64,000 nt of DNA, from assembly GCF_006345805.1 (NCBI RefSeq), contig NW_021832533.1, positions 227,663 to 291,662 of the forward strand, read 5' to 3'. Made by a program: the position numbers and the translations under genes. The notes below the pieces were generated by a model. That model saw nothing but the letters and a program-made list of their open reading frames with translations. It made no database searches and was not told where the DNA came from. The stretch's first letter is position 1. The number at the start of each line of letters is the position of its first letter. Below are positions 46,441-59,599 of the stretch, piece by piece. The DNA comes from Octopus sinensis (taxonomy: Eukaryota).

Positions 46441-47129
46441 GATTTATTAATTAATCAAAATCAAATGAAATCTGTCAAACTATACAGCAAAAAAGCACAA
46501 CTTATTGTATTATGGGCATATAAACACTTTGTAAGATGTGAAAGAGTTCTTTGTTCGCAAAGTAAACCAAAATTTAAATTAAATGAACTATAATTCAATA
46601 GTTTGAACCAGACCCCTGTATTCGACCTACAAAAATAGTAGGAATATATTCAAAAGCAGAGGAATATATTCAAAAGGGTTGAATAATCTGATAAAGTTCT
46701 ATGCAAAAATATCACATAATGAGGAGAAAAAATCCAACACGCTACCCTCAAACAGAAGAAACGGTCAGCACCTTTTCTTTTTTCGGTGAGAGGTGTTGGA
46801 TACTTCGATAAACCCAAATGTGATACGTCATTATGGACACAGCCATTTATAAAGAAACGACTTTGCATTTTTTATACCGGTTTATGGTTCTTGGAAGTAT
46901 AAAAGAATTTTTACCGTAAAGGTCTTTTCAATATAGGTTTAAAATCAAGTCCGCGTCTACATGCTTAAAAACATTCACTGATTTCATTCTTACTGGATTT
47001 GCAAGCAAACCGAAACACTTAAAAAGTTTCCTTTGTTCTGTCGGTATAAACAAAGTCTTTGACTTTGTCTCAAGGAGGATTCTATCAAAAAAGATATTTT
47101 CAGAGTAACTCAAACTATGGATCTCACCT

Positions 47130-47335
47130 CTTAAGTGGAAGAAGGGAAAGGGTGTGACTTGGAGGCCTAAAGTCTACGTATCATTTCCTGTCCAACAGAG
47201 TACCTCAGGGATCCTCTTTATCCTCGGCCCTTTTCAACTTTTTCCTGGAAGATCTTCCGCCCCCTACCGACAATAATGATTCCATCCTATCTTATGCGGA
47301 TGACATCGTATTGGCCTCACGGGATCTCCACAAGT
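47130..47335 (+). mobile_element. RT fragment related to the 50.5-53.4 kb LINE
   Basis: VPQGSSLSSALFNFFLEDLPPPTDNNDSILSYADDIVLASRD. Confidence 0.8.
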
Positions 47336-48319
47336 GAAGAGTACTTCCGCATCTTTTTGCATTAAGAAATTGTGGCGATTTATTTAGGGGCGGTTTACAA
47401 TAAATGTGTTTCCTCTCTTGAAAGAAAACACAGTGATACAGTCCTGTTTTTTCCCATCTCCCCAATCGATCCCAGTAGGTTCAACTATGAAAGAGATTCC
47501 GGGGACTTCCAAAAGCTCTCTTGATAAGGTTAATGGCTTATTTGATAATAAAAATTTCTAAGCTCTTGTCTAGATAGACAAACTGATCCCTTTATGTTTG
47601 TCATTTTTAATTTCATATCATTAAAGTTTTATTATTTTGAGTAAGGAATAATCTATTTTTCATACATTTGCGAAGAGTTTAAAATTTTAGAATATAAATA
47701 AAGTCAAACCCCGTTTACTTGCCAAATTTTTGACCAAGGCAAAAGTTAGCGATTAACTGAATTTAACGAGTAACTGAATAATCAATAAAAATTTTATATG
47801 CACAAAATGTAAAAATAATTAAACTAAATAAGTAAGGGTGCTAAACCAATAAAGATGAAGAACATGGCTTTATGGTTTATAACATAATGATGGAACTAAA
47901 AAATTTATAAAATCAGATTAAAAAGTTGTTTTAATCCAATAGTACAAAACTGAATTATTGTATTTTGAACTATAGTGATCTAAAACAGATGTTTAGCCTA
48001 AATTCCAGTCTTTTTGACGAATTAAATTTAAAAAATCCACCTAACTCCATTTTGCGAGAATAAATTTTTCTTTGATCTTATTTCTTAAAACCATACTACA
48101 ATTTCATGCTCTACCGTCTTTGATGTTGTAGTTATAATTCTACGTCTCGATTAAAGTGATATTTATGAATATACCAACGTGTTAGATTGATAAAAATGTT
48201 TCGAATGGTAGCTTTGAATTTTCTAATTTCGTCTTAGAATCATATAAGTATGACAACTGTGGTGACCATACCCTATCTTGGAAGGGTTGTTCTTGCTGCA
48301 GATAGCAGAGTAACCCAAG

Positions 48320-48900
48320 ATGCGAATACTCCCAACAAAAACTGTAATAAATTGTTGGACTAACAAATTAGATAATGACAGGTTAAACAAAATATTTCAA
48401 ATTACGAACAACTCAATTATTGGGTTCACGGGGAACATGCACGTTTATGAGAAATTGTTCGGTGCATGTCGTCTTAATTATTTGTATTTTTCTGATTAAT
48501 TTGTTATTTAGATTCGACCATAATGTGGATCCAGGAAATTTGGTAATGTTCATTCATGGAATTTTTGCAAATTATACACTTCCAATTCTATTGTCGGTAT
48601 ATTTTATTTTTTTATATTTTTAGACCGTGATTCTTGTATGTGTTTTCAAAGGTGGAATCTATACAATTAAAATTGATTCCTTTATTCCTTTTTATGGGAT
48701 CTGGACAAACTCGGCATTTCAGTGGATATTCGCACAGTATTTTTGTATAATTATTGGCAGTCACCTCGGAGTATTGATAACGCAAAGTGAGGCGATTAAA
48801 ATAGCCCACGATGCTATAAAACATGCAGCGCAAAAGGACCGATTAACAGAAGGATTTTCCCAAAGTATATTTTAATAAATAATATCTTAGTTCACACAAT
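48320..48900 (+). other. Possible multi-pass membrane protein gene or relic, unidentified
   Basis: Hydrophobic open segments (48510-48590, 48627..48875) separated by short GT..AG tracts. Confidence 0.3.
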
Positions 48901-50530
48901 ATCTTTATTTGGAATTAGTTTAGTGGGGATAACCCCACTACAATAACTTCTGAAATTCGTTTAGTGAAAATGTGTACGACTCAAATTCTTTGAAACGTAT
49001 TAACTTTTTTAATCTTGTAGATAAAAATGGAGTCGAAAAAATCGAAGTTTTTTCAAACAATTTTGCGGGATTTTCGGGAAATGTGAAGCTAATACACGAA
49101 TTAATGTATTATCAATATAAAATACACCCAGTGTTATTAACATCTGGAATACATTAAAAAATACGAGAGACAAATCAATCAAGGTTGTGTGCTTCCTCGA
49201 CAACAAGCATTTTTAGTGATTTTCGTGGATTACGATATAGCCAGAAAGTAGAGACGCCAAAAAAATCAAAGACTTAATTTTTCTGGATGTCTGCTATTGA
49301 TTGATTTTAGTTTTATTTGATCCTTTTTTGATTCTTTGTTATTTTTAATAGATTTCTTGTTAATAGATAAATCAGAATAAAGATGAAGTAAAAAAATTCA
49401 AAAAGATATAAAAAAAATCATTATAAAAATGTCAAAATAATAAGAGATTGACTTTTAAGGAATAAAATCAAAAAAATGATGAAAATGATAAAATTTCAAA
49501 TTCTGTAATCAGGAAATGAAAGTTCATAAAGATTTATTCCTTACAAATCAAATTAAATAAGAATGTAGAAAAGTACATATAAAATACAAACAAAATAAGT
49601 CAACTACATGTATCAACGTGTTATAATTTATTAGGCTTACCTTTAAAAATAGGTTAACCATAGTGTAATAATTTTAATTTTAATAAATATGAATTTTATT
49701 TATATTTTCGAGAAGCTTTTCCTACCAATGTCAGTGAGAAATTGAATCACGATGATTCCTGAGGTCTCTAAGAACTTGGAACTCTCTCTGTGAATTGTCA
49801 ATTTTGTGAAGAACCATACCTTTACTGACGACCTGAGTATCAGATAAGTTTGACATTTTTTTAGTGAGGACAGAAGGAATGTGAATATTGTTCATGTCGA
49901 TCAAGTTACTGTTTACTGAAATGTGCGATGAGACACCTGATTTGACATTGGAAATTAACTTAATGTCCCCTTGGTAAATTCATTTGGGTCTTTTGTTGTT
50001 TCTGCGTTGAATCATTTATTGGATGGAGAAAAACTAAAAATCAATGTTTTAAAAAGAGGGAAGAAATATTTTTTCAAGTGTGTGGTTATGAAGGTTTGTT
50101 TTCAACTTGTTATTAGTTTAAGTGCGGAACAACAATACTTTAAGTCAAATACCGCGGAGTAGTTTTGCTTGCTGCAGACTCTAAAAGAACAACGAAATTT
50201 AAAGATGGAAGTAGTTAATGTACTAATTTTTTTAATTTTGTAGATTGAAATAGAGTCGATAAAATCGAAGTTTTTTCGAAAAATATAATAGCAGGATTTT
50301 CGGGAAATGTCAGACTTAGTACACGGATTTGCGAGGAATTAAGGTATCATCGATATAAAAGCTTTAGAACTATGCGCTCACCCAGTACCACTGATATCCG
50401 GAATACATTTAAAAAATGTAAAAAATCAATTGCGTTTGTGTATTTAATTTGTTGTTATATTTTAAAAAATCCTTTTTGTGGAGACAGTGTAGGAAGTTGT
50501 CATCCGTGTTGACATATTCCTGCCATAATT

Positions 50531-53382
50531 ATTATTATTATTATTTAAGCCAAAAAACAGAATCACCGTCTTAACCATTAACTAACGTGTTCAGGTGATT
50601 CCGACACTTCTCAACAGTCGAGCCATCTTTTCACGATGTTCAGACCGTGACCCCACACACTTTCTGTATGTACGGTGAAATGCTTGTGGTCCATCTCCAC
50701 GATCCCTCCCACTTGCCTCTACAAGAGACTCCAGTGTTCGATGGACAATTTTCCTGTCGGTATGGTCCTTCAGTAGGTTTATGGATTTTTCTTGGATTTT
50801 CTCGATTTTTACTTGGTTCGTTGCCGCCAGGTTACAGCCCCAAGCAGCACATGCATAGCCTATTGTTGGCTCGATATACTGCTTGTAAAGGGTCTCTACC
50901 CCTGGCGGACAAGTTCTCCCACAGTTCCAAAGAAAGGCTTTCACAAAATTGATTTTCTTAATACAAGTTGACACGATCGATTCAACATGAGGTGAAAAAC
51001 AGAGGAAAGTATCAAACGTTACACCCAATATCTTCTGTGTTTTCTTTTGTGTTATTGGGACTCCATTCAGCGTGACTTCAATAGTTTTCGTCCCCATCTT
51101 CCTGTTTTTCGTGAATAGGGTGACTGCTGACTTTTCGGAACATGCATGTAGTCTGTTTTCATATAGCCATCCATATAAGTCGTCCAGTATTCTTTGTAGT
51201 CTTTCCTTCGCGTATTCGACATTTACATCCCTAGATGCGACAACTATGTCATCGGCATAGGAGAGTAGTATGTCATTATTATCCATAGGAACCGGGAGAT
51301 CATTCAGAAACAAGTTGAAGAGGGTCGGGGATAAAAGAGAACCCTGGGGTACACCATTGGGCAATAAGCGTGATCTTGAACTCTCGTTCCCGACGCACAC
51401 TTTCCCACGACGTCCGCTCAAAAAATTCGCTATCCATAGCTTCATAGGTGTAGAAATATTTGTACCAAATATCTTTTGAATTAGGATCTTCCTTGGGACG
51501 GAGTCAAACGCTTTTTGAATGTCGATAGTGCATACAATTGATTTCTCCTGCAATTTCTTCTTTTTGTGTCCTTCATTTATAAAATCTGTTAGTGTGGTGA
51601 GGAAGGAGGTCGTTGACAATCCTTCCTTGAATCCATGTTGAAATGTGGATTGTGGGAGGAAAGGGCGAATATGTTTTAGGACCAGTTTTTCCAAGATTCT
51701 TGACAGCACACATATAAGGGATATTGGTCTATAGGAGCCGGGGTCGTTTTTCGGTCTTCCAGGTTTTAATATTGGCCGGATTTTTGATAGTTTCCATAAG
51801 TTCGGTATAGAGTTCGTGAATAATGATGTGTTATAGATCGTGGTTAAAGCATTTATTGAAACTGGGCCCAAGTGTTTTAGTAGAATAAGTGGAATTCCAT
51901 CCGGTCCACATGAGTTTGTTTTCTTCTGATTCGAGATTGTTTCAGACACCTCTTCAGGAAGAAAATAAGTCGTCGGGGGCCTTTTGGATGGCTTTGATTT
52001 TAATCTTGGCTGTGAGTTCATTTTTTTATAAGGAATATGACTAATCTTGACACAGTGTTTCATAAAATTGTTTAGATTGAGCTGATATGTTTCTGTTTTA
52101 CGCTCGTCAGGATTCTTTAAGCGTCTCAACATCGTCCACATGGCCGAAATAGAGGCTTGTTTATTCATGGCTCTAGAGATTCAGCTGAGCTTCTTCCTTT
52201 GGACTTGGTTGGTATTATTCGTAATAAGCATGTTTAGAGCCCTGATTCGATCGATGATTACTTTGGGTCGATACTTTCTTTTCTTGAGGCTGGTTCTTTC
52301 TCTGATTAGTTTTTTCGTTCTTGAGTCATATTTTGAGCTCCCACTTCTTATACATGCTCTTCTGATAATCAAATTTCTTGCATCTATGATAGTTTTGTTG
52401 AAGCTTTCCACTGCCCTGTCCAAGGAAGAAAAATTCTTAGGGTGAAAGTTCTGGAGTCTTGAATCGACGTAATTTGCGAAAGCATTCCAATCTGCGTTTT
52501 CGTAATCATAGAAATAATTTGGTTTCAGTATGAGATGTGGAGAACAGTTCATTCTCATTATCATTGAGTGGTGGTCACTTCGGAGATCATAGCGGACCGA
52601 CCACTTGATGATAGGGGAAAGCCGAGGTGAGCAGATTGATAGATCTGGCGATGTCCTCGTGTCCTTAGAGTTGTAGGGTGTTCGAGTGTTCTTTTTCGGG
52701 TTGTTAAGGATTATTAACTTCTGCAATTGCGATATCAAAAGGTTTCCTCTGGCATCGGCAGTCTGATATCTGAACCAAGCGGGATGCTTCGCGTTCAGAT
52801 CTCCGCATAAGAGTAAGTTATCCAATTTATCAAGGCTTGATAGGTCAAAACGATAGCCCTTCTTGCATGAACCTGGGGGAGGTACGTAGACATTGGCGAT
52901 TTCAAGTCTTCCGTAGGAGGTCATAAGTGAGATTCCAATTATTTCGGTGTTGGAGTCCTTCTTTAGGCTTGTATACGGTAAGGGATTCTCGAAATATTTT
53001 ATTCCTCTCCATGCTCCGACTCGCGGTCACATCGTAGTGCATCGTATCCAGCAAAAAGAGGAGTAGGGATCCGTTTCGAAAGTTTCGTCTCTTGGAGAAG
53101 ACAGATATCTATTCGGTTCTCCTCCAAAAAACTGGCAAGTTCCGCCGTCTTTCCTCGAATCCCGTCAATATTCAGGCATTGTATTGTTAGCTTTGGACCG
53201 GGATTCTGTTCCACGTCACCTGAGGTCAACAGCAACAATCGATAGTAAGTGCCAACGTTGAGAAGATGCCGTCCAGGGGGAAGTCCTCTGGTTGGCGGGG
53301 AGCAAATGGTTCTTTTTAGATACCGTTTAGGACTGTATCCGGCGCCACCAGAAAAGGTGAACCACATGACGCGCGCTAAAAA
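50531..53382 (-). mobile_element. Apparently full-length Ingi/Vingi-like LINE (pseudoknot, 2A, APE, RT; no RNase H seen)
   Basis: (TAA)n tail and TSD CATAATT (50524-50530, 53383-53389). LLLLTSGDVEQNPGP then LNIDG, LQETKL, CGDLNA, SPDLS, SDH, YRPISL, GVPQGS, YADD. One frameshift (~53000) and one in-frame TGA (52181). Confidence 0.9.
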
Positions 53383-55139
53383 CATAATTCAGTCAAAGAT
53401 GATGTTTTTTCTATCGGATCTGTCAAAAAAATATGTTTACCAGTACGAATCATTGTATTTATTTTTTAATAATCAATATTTTAGATTTCGCAAGAATAAA
53501 AATCGTTCTTTCAGGAGTGCGCTATCTCTGGCACACAATTGTCTCGAGTTCGCCTCTTGGAAGAGCACAAGTACTGGAGGGAATTCAAATAGTAAGAAAG
53601 TATTTTTAACTATTTAGTCTGGTCTATAACGAAAAAGGACTGTTTCTGGAAGGGTTCGTGGAAATTGTTAAATTCCCGATCCTCTGGGCCAGCTCCTTAA
53701 TTCTTCGTTTTGGAATTGACCATCGTTGTTGGACTGCTGTATTTAAATGCCTTGGGGAAGCTTTTCTAACGAGCCTGCCACAATGAAGGCATTTGCCACG
53801 GTCTTCACCTCTGAATACAGATTTTGGAAAACTCTGGTCTATCTTGTCAATTGTATTCTATATTTAGCATTTTCAAAGAAATTTGATCCACATAGGAAAG
53901 AAACTTTAGAATTTTTGTATTAAAAGGCATCCTTGAGTTTTCATCGAATTATCTAAATGGGTAAGTTCCCACTACACTAATATGTGTGTTAACATTCCAT
54001 TACATTTGATGTTCCATTTCATGTATACATTCCATTTGATGTTTGCTCAACTCTTCACATTAAACTAGAAAAATGATGACAATTAAATAGTAAATATATA
54101 TCCTGCTTTTAAGATGAACAACAAAGCCGTTTAATTCAAAAAAATCATATTACAGAAGCTTAAACCACTACGTGCTATGACTACATCAATGTGAAGGTTT
54201 TATATATAATTATTGGAATAAATGGTTTCGGGCAAATGTAAGTTTATCACCTTCTCAGGAATATTTGACAAATTCTGATGATTCAGGAATCTAGCAGCAT
54301 GCACAATTGAATACTCCACTCATCTGTCCAGTAAATATTCATGTTGATCATCACTAGTTAATGTACTCTTTCTGTCCATATATGACTTTCAATGATACAT
54401 TTGAATAGGTGTGTACAAATACTCAAAATAGTAGATAATTAACATTTATGCGACGTAATTCTATATATTATAAAATTAAGTTGTAATTGGCAGATGCGTT
54501 CATTGTGGCAGGCTCATTAGAAAAGCTTCCCCAAATACAGTTGTACTTTGTAAGAATTATCCCGGGCATATTCGTTGCCTAAGATCTGTGTATGGAGATG
54601 ACCATTTTTTAATGTATACAAAATCCGAACAAGAAAAGGTCGTAAAATTTTTTTTCCCAAAAAAGATAAGCTCGCAAAATTTTTTTCCGAACCAAATAAC
54701 GTCGCAAAATTTCTTTCCTACCAAAAAAAAGTCGAATTTTTTTGTTAATTGTTTTTATTTTTATTGAGAAATTAATTTACTTCTTTCCTTCTAGAGTGTT
54801 TTTTCCATGATGTTTCAGATCTGAGTGATATCTCAAGTCAATTATTTCCAATTGTAAGTTAGCGGCAAGATGAAACATATTTGCGGTGAATGTGATCAAA
54901 AAACACTCGTTTCTTTTTCAAGTTTACTGAGAATTTTAAAAAGTGTCTTAAATTGTCAGAAATCATGCTGTTTTCGTTTTGTATCGATTCATATAAGAAT
55001 TCGATGTCGGGGAAATTACACTTTTTAAGCCAGAATGAATTTGTTGCTTATGGATATAATGAAAATTGTGAGCTAATTTAATATTTGAAAACAAGCATTC
55101 AAATAAAGTTCAATCATTTTATTAAATAATCTAAAACTT

Positions 55140-55522
55140 CGGCAAGTCTCTGTTATGGGATGCGACGTGTTCAGACACTTTCTCGGAGCTCAACCTTCCT
55201 TCTTCAGCTGTCGAGCCTGGCTCAGTCTCTCGCAAAACCGAGAAGATGAAGATTGGAAAGTACAAGGAGCTCTCTGAACGGTATCTGTTCACTCCCATCG
55301 CCGTCGAGACTTCCGGCGTCATCGGCGAAAAGTCTCTTTCCTTTCTAAAAAAGCTTGGCCGCATGATCTCCCATAAACGGGGAGACCCACGCGAGTCCAA
55401 GTGGCTTTTCGAAAGGATTTCCTTGGCCATAGTACGTGGAAACTGTGTTTCCATTTACGATGCCGGGAATTTAGTTAGTTAATAACTATTTGTTAATTAC
55501 ATATAAAAAAAAAAAAAAAAAA
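55140..55522 (+). mobile_element. 5'-truncated CRE-like RLE non-LTR insertion
   Basis: LLWDATCSDTF..PIAVETSG..WLFERISLAIVRGN, poly(A), and 12-bp TSD AATCTAAAACTT (55128-55139, 55523-55534). Confidence 0.9.
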
Positions 55523-55525
55523 AAT

Positions 55526-56973
55526 CTAAAACTTAGAGTTAGGTTTGTTGTAGATTGGTATGTTTGGCTCTTCTATAACTGAACACCTGGACTGCAGTGC
55601 CGAAACTAGTACAGAACCTGTAAAAGTACGGTCATGGAGGATATCCAGCCTCGTTCTGTTGATGAAAAAAAGAAAAGTCAGAAACAGCATTAACAAAGAA
55701 AAAAAAGAATTAATCCAATTTTTTGAAGCCAATTTGAGTTGCCTTTTCCCTGAAGCACTGACGGCAGACGTTGAGGGCATATTTCCTGATCAGTCCATGT
55801 CTGTTTCCACACATTCGACTTAAAGTCATCAACCATCACATTACCAAGCACGAGACCCAGGTCCAAATTTCCGTGGGTGAGAATAAAAAATATTAACGTG
55901 ACCCATAACAACTAACACGCCTTATATATTTTATTTAAATTAAAATAAATAATTCAACCCAAACTAATATTATTAAAATCATTCGATAAACATTTCCTCA
56001 TAGAATATGCATTAACTGGCCACCCCTTAAAGGATGATAGTCTGGCCCTCCTTCCTTCCCTTGGAGGACTGGCTGAAGGAGGAGTACCTTTGGAAGACCA
56101 TCCTCCCTCTGATGACTCGGACAACACTTCGACAGACTCGGGGAGACATGACCTTCACCTTACTCCTCTCCCCCTTCACATTCCCAGGGGCGGGAAAACG
56201 TTGAATAATAATAGCCCGCCCTTTTGACTGCACATGACATATATCATGCCAAAATATTTGACTAATATTTTCCCGCCCTTTCCTGACAATGAGTGACCCC
56301 GGGAGAATAATCAGCAGACAGTGCCCGTGGAGGGGGTAGATGTCTGCTCCATACAACTCCAACCACTTGGCCTTCTGGAGGAAGAGGCGGACACACATCT
56401 CCCCGCCCAGTCCCTCCTCTCCTCCATACTCGACTAATCCTCACATAAATTGTCACTTTGGTGGGAATAGGCAGCCAGTTGGACTGAGTAGTCGAATGGG
56501 GTGGCAAGTCGACTGCTGAGGATATCACTCCTCAGTTGCCGGTAGATCACATATCTGTCCTCATTTGCCCACAATCACCTCATTCGCTCCTGTCCTATTC
56601 CAGAAGGGTCCACTGGGTAGAATTTGAGACACAAATACACACGTGTTCTGTCCAGGAATTCTGCTCTAGTCACACTCACGTACTTTTTTGCTGAGATTTT
56701 ACTGTTTTGTTTTCTTTGAGCCACAACTATGATATTATCGAGGGAATAACTCCGATTCCTTCGATATCCATGTATTTCAGTCCAAAGTAGTTTCCGTAGT
56801 CGTACAACCCCATCATGGTCACCAGGGACTCTATTATGTCACCTCCCTTTGTATTTGTCTATTTGGACTTGAGGGTGTTTAAATATTACAGAAAATGCCA
56901 CTGTTTCGCCATCTATGAGTTCGACATTGATGGAGTCACACATCACTCAATACACAATTTCTCTCCCGCTCAT
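55526..56973 (-). CDS. FERM-domain (band 4.1 family) protein, possibly FRMD3/5-like with a C-terminal TM; 3' end uncertain
   Basis: Spliced motifs [48 protein letters not shown] and FWHDI. Hydrophobic [15 protein letters not shown] near 55690 may belong to it. Confidence 0.7.
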
Positions 56974-57150
56974 TTATTTAATTTGTCAAAAATTATTAAA
57001 AATAAACAAAATTTAATTTTAAATACAATTAAATTATCAATATGCCCTTTGAGAATATTGATCGACTAATAACCCAATTCAACCTCGACGTCACATACTC
57101 ATAGGCAAATAGTATTAATATATACCAGCTGTGTTCACATCTACGCAAAC

Positions 57151-58005
57151 ATGACTGCACTTCCCTCCAAGTTGATTGCACGTGCTACTGCCAATTTGAT
57201 ATTGAGAAACAAGTCGGAGACTCCGGGGACATTCAGTGGGAGTGCTTCGTTTGAGGGGGACCAGGATGTGAGGCAGATGATAGCCACCGTCACGGACAAT
57301 GCCATTGCCACAGTCTCCGCACAATTCCATGTCCTCTACTCTCGCGGAATGTTCGAGGACACTTCCGTTTGGGTCACTGTGGACGTCTCCTGCCATAAAC
57401 TGACTGATTGTGAAATGATTCCCGTCACCTCCTCCTCTTCCACTTTCCAAATATCCCCTCAAATGGCCGCCCGACTCACCAATGAGGGGATGACAGTCCT
57501 CACTAAGGAGTCCTCCCCAACACAACCAGACCTCCCAATTAAAACTGTCTCCCCACCAAAAAGTGGCCCGTCTTTTAACCCGCCTACTAAAAGAAAAGAT
57601 CCTCTCGTTTTTCTTAGTCGACGGTCCTCGGAGGAGCTCAACCTTGGGCGTTGTTATGCCCAACCTCAAAGAAATACAAAACCAGGAGAAAAAAAGTCGG
57701 GAAATAGTATAATTTCGTCTTTGAGTGGAGGCAGTTCTGAGATGGTGCACTGCTCGGTGCCTCGGAAGGACGGGGGGAGGACTGTGGAATGTGTTCGAGA
57801 GGATGTGACACAGAGCACCCCAAAACACACATTTCCGAATGTTCGAGTGAAGGTGAGGAGTTCTGTTCGGAAGGCGGGGACCCCTCCCTCGACAGAAGAC
57901 CGGTTTGAGTGTGAGACAGTCATGAAGTGTGTGGACGGGAAGGTAGAAATTGAGAACAAAGTATATCCTGAGGACAAGGCTGCCCAGGGTGAAATTATTA
58001 TTTAA
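57151..58005 (+). CDS. Hypothetical protein, 284 aa, uninterrupted ORF
   Basis: GC-elevated ORF like the neighbouring host genes, AT-rich flanks, ATG..TAA. No family recognised. Confidence 0.65.
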   Translation: MTALPSKLIARATANLILRNKSETPGTFSGSASFEGDQDVRQMIATVTDNAIATVSAQFHVLYSRGMFEDTSVWVTVDVSCHKLTDCEMIPVTSSSSTFQISPQMAARLTNEGMTVLTKESSPTQPDLPIKTVSPPKSGPSFNPPTKRKDPLVFLSRRSSEELNLGRCYAQPQRNTKPGEKKSGNSIISSLSGGSSEMVHCSVPRKDGGRTVECVREDVTQSTPKHTFPNVRVKVRSSVRKAGTPPSTEDRFECETVMKCVDGKVEIENKVYPEDKAAQGEIII

Positions 58006-58089
58006 ATACATTATTAATTTACTAATTCTTTCGACACTTTCGTATATAAAATTGACTTTCGAACATTCAAATTAATTCTCTAACCTAAA

Positions 58090-59010
58090 CTATTCTCAAA
58101 ATATAAAGTATAGTTAATTAGAATATGATCCTATGACTAGCGTTTGCTTCTCTTATTAGCTTGATTAATATTTGCCATTATAATCAGTAGAAAAGTATCA
58201 ATTATTGCATATAATGTTTTGGTAAATTAAAATCAAACAATAATTCAAGTAAAAATTTATTCCCATCTATTCAAGCACGTAATCAAAATAATCCTATCTT
58301 TATCATTTAAATTAGTTTTACATTTCTGTTTTTAAGATCTGACAATTGAAATAAGGACTTGTCCAGACAATAATGACAGATACACTTAATGATTTAGCTC
58401 TGAAAAATATTAACAGTCATTTTTCCCAATCGTTTAATACAGCCTATTTAAAAAAATGAGTTTTTATTGTGGCTAAGCATAGAAGATTATTTTAAAAATC
58501 ATTGGCTTTGTTTAGAAAAAGAAATCGCGCGAGTCCTTGATCTGGTCTTTAAAATTAATTTTTAACTAGGTCTAAAAATAGGGTGGTAAATATTATTTTA
58601 GGAGCTATATAATTTAAATATTGTATTACATGTTGGAGGATAAAATATGGATTGTTATATTCAAATATTAAAGAACCAGAGATCAAGTTTTACAAGTAAA
58701 AATTAATATAATTACTAAATTCTAAAATAAATTATTGAAATGAAAAGAATTTGTTGTGGTTTTGTAATTTTGGACGCATTTTATTATAGTAGAATAACAA
58801 TAAAACAAGTTAAAAATGGTTGAAAATATTCCCTAATTTATTGGAGTGCCGTAATTTGAACATTTGACTACTTTGGAGTGTTTTTGTGCATCTGGGCAAT
58901 CAAAAATATTATGGAAAACAATCCATTTTTTGCTGAGACAGATTGACCACAAATAAACTTTTAATCTCAAATATGATTACGACTTTATTAAACAGTATAT
59001 AAACAAATAT
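58090..59010 (+). repeat. Paralogous cadherin upstream region (similar to 61505-61600 plus 62985-63615)
   Basis: Shared blocks GATCCTATGACTAGCGTTTGCTT, TTGTCCAGACAATAA, TTGAAAATATTCCCTAATTTATTGGAGTGCC and TTATTAAACAGTATATAAACAAATAT. Confidence 0.8.
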
Positions 59011-59240
59011 ACATTATCTCAAATATGCTTTCATCGTCGATTTGGAATCTAATGATTCTTTGAGTATTCACAAATCAGTGGACGGGAAATATATTGCAAT
59101 GATCGATCTACTTGTTATACTTTTTATTGCTTTGACCAGTTTTGTGTTTATCGTTATCAGAAGAATATTCTGGTGTCATTTGTAAAGAAAAATATAGAAT
59201 ATGCAACTAACAATGAAATTTACGAGAAGTACAATACTTA
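59011..59240 (+). pseudogene. TM/cytoplasmic end of a cadherin-like gene fused directly to its upstream region
   Basis: KYAFIVDLESNDSLSIHKSVDGKYIAMIDLLVILFIALTSFVFIVIRRIFW, homologous to the inverted copy at 59600-59890. Confidence 0.55.
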
Positions 59241-59599
59241 CAATGAGGATACGTTTCTCGAAAATATTCATTCAATTCTGAATTTTCTGAATGATTTTAT
59301 TATCAAAACTTCTCACGATTTGTTAGAAAATTTGACAGTCAATTTATATTCCGGTGACCATTATTGGTGAAATCCCTTTGACTAAGAAGCCCTATCCATT
59401 TAAAATTTATATTTTCCCACAAAGTATTATTCCATAAGATATTCGTTCACTGTTTATTTGGTGGCATCACATTCCTCGAGTATTTACACGTCACTCATAA
59501 TCGTCGTTTTTCATCTTTCCTTGGATTTTTCTTGATTTTCGTTTTCTCAAAATAAGACAAGTCCAGAATTAAAATAATATGATTAAAGGTTGCAAAAGT

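Noticed and set aside
52169-52183. TGA reassignment or programmed readthrough in the LINE ORF
   Set aside because: Host genes here end in TGA (anillin, LRR B and C), and a TGG-to-TGA mutation in a copy that also has a frameshift is simpler.
53194-53220. Endogenous picorna-like virus suggested by the 2A motif
   Set aside because: The context is APE-RT with tail and TSD; no viral genes.
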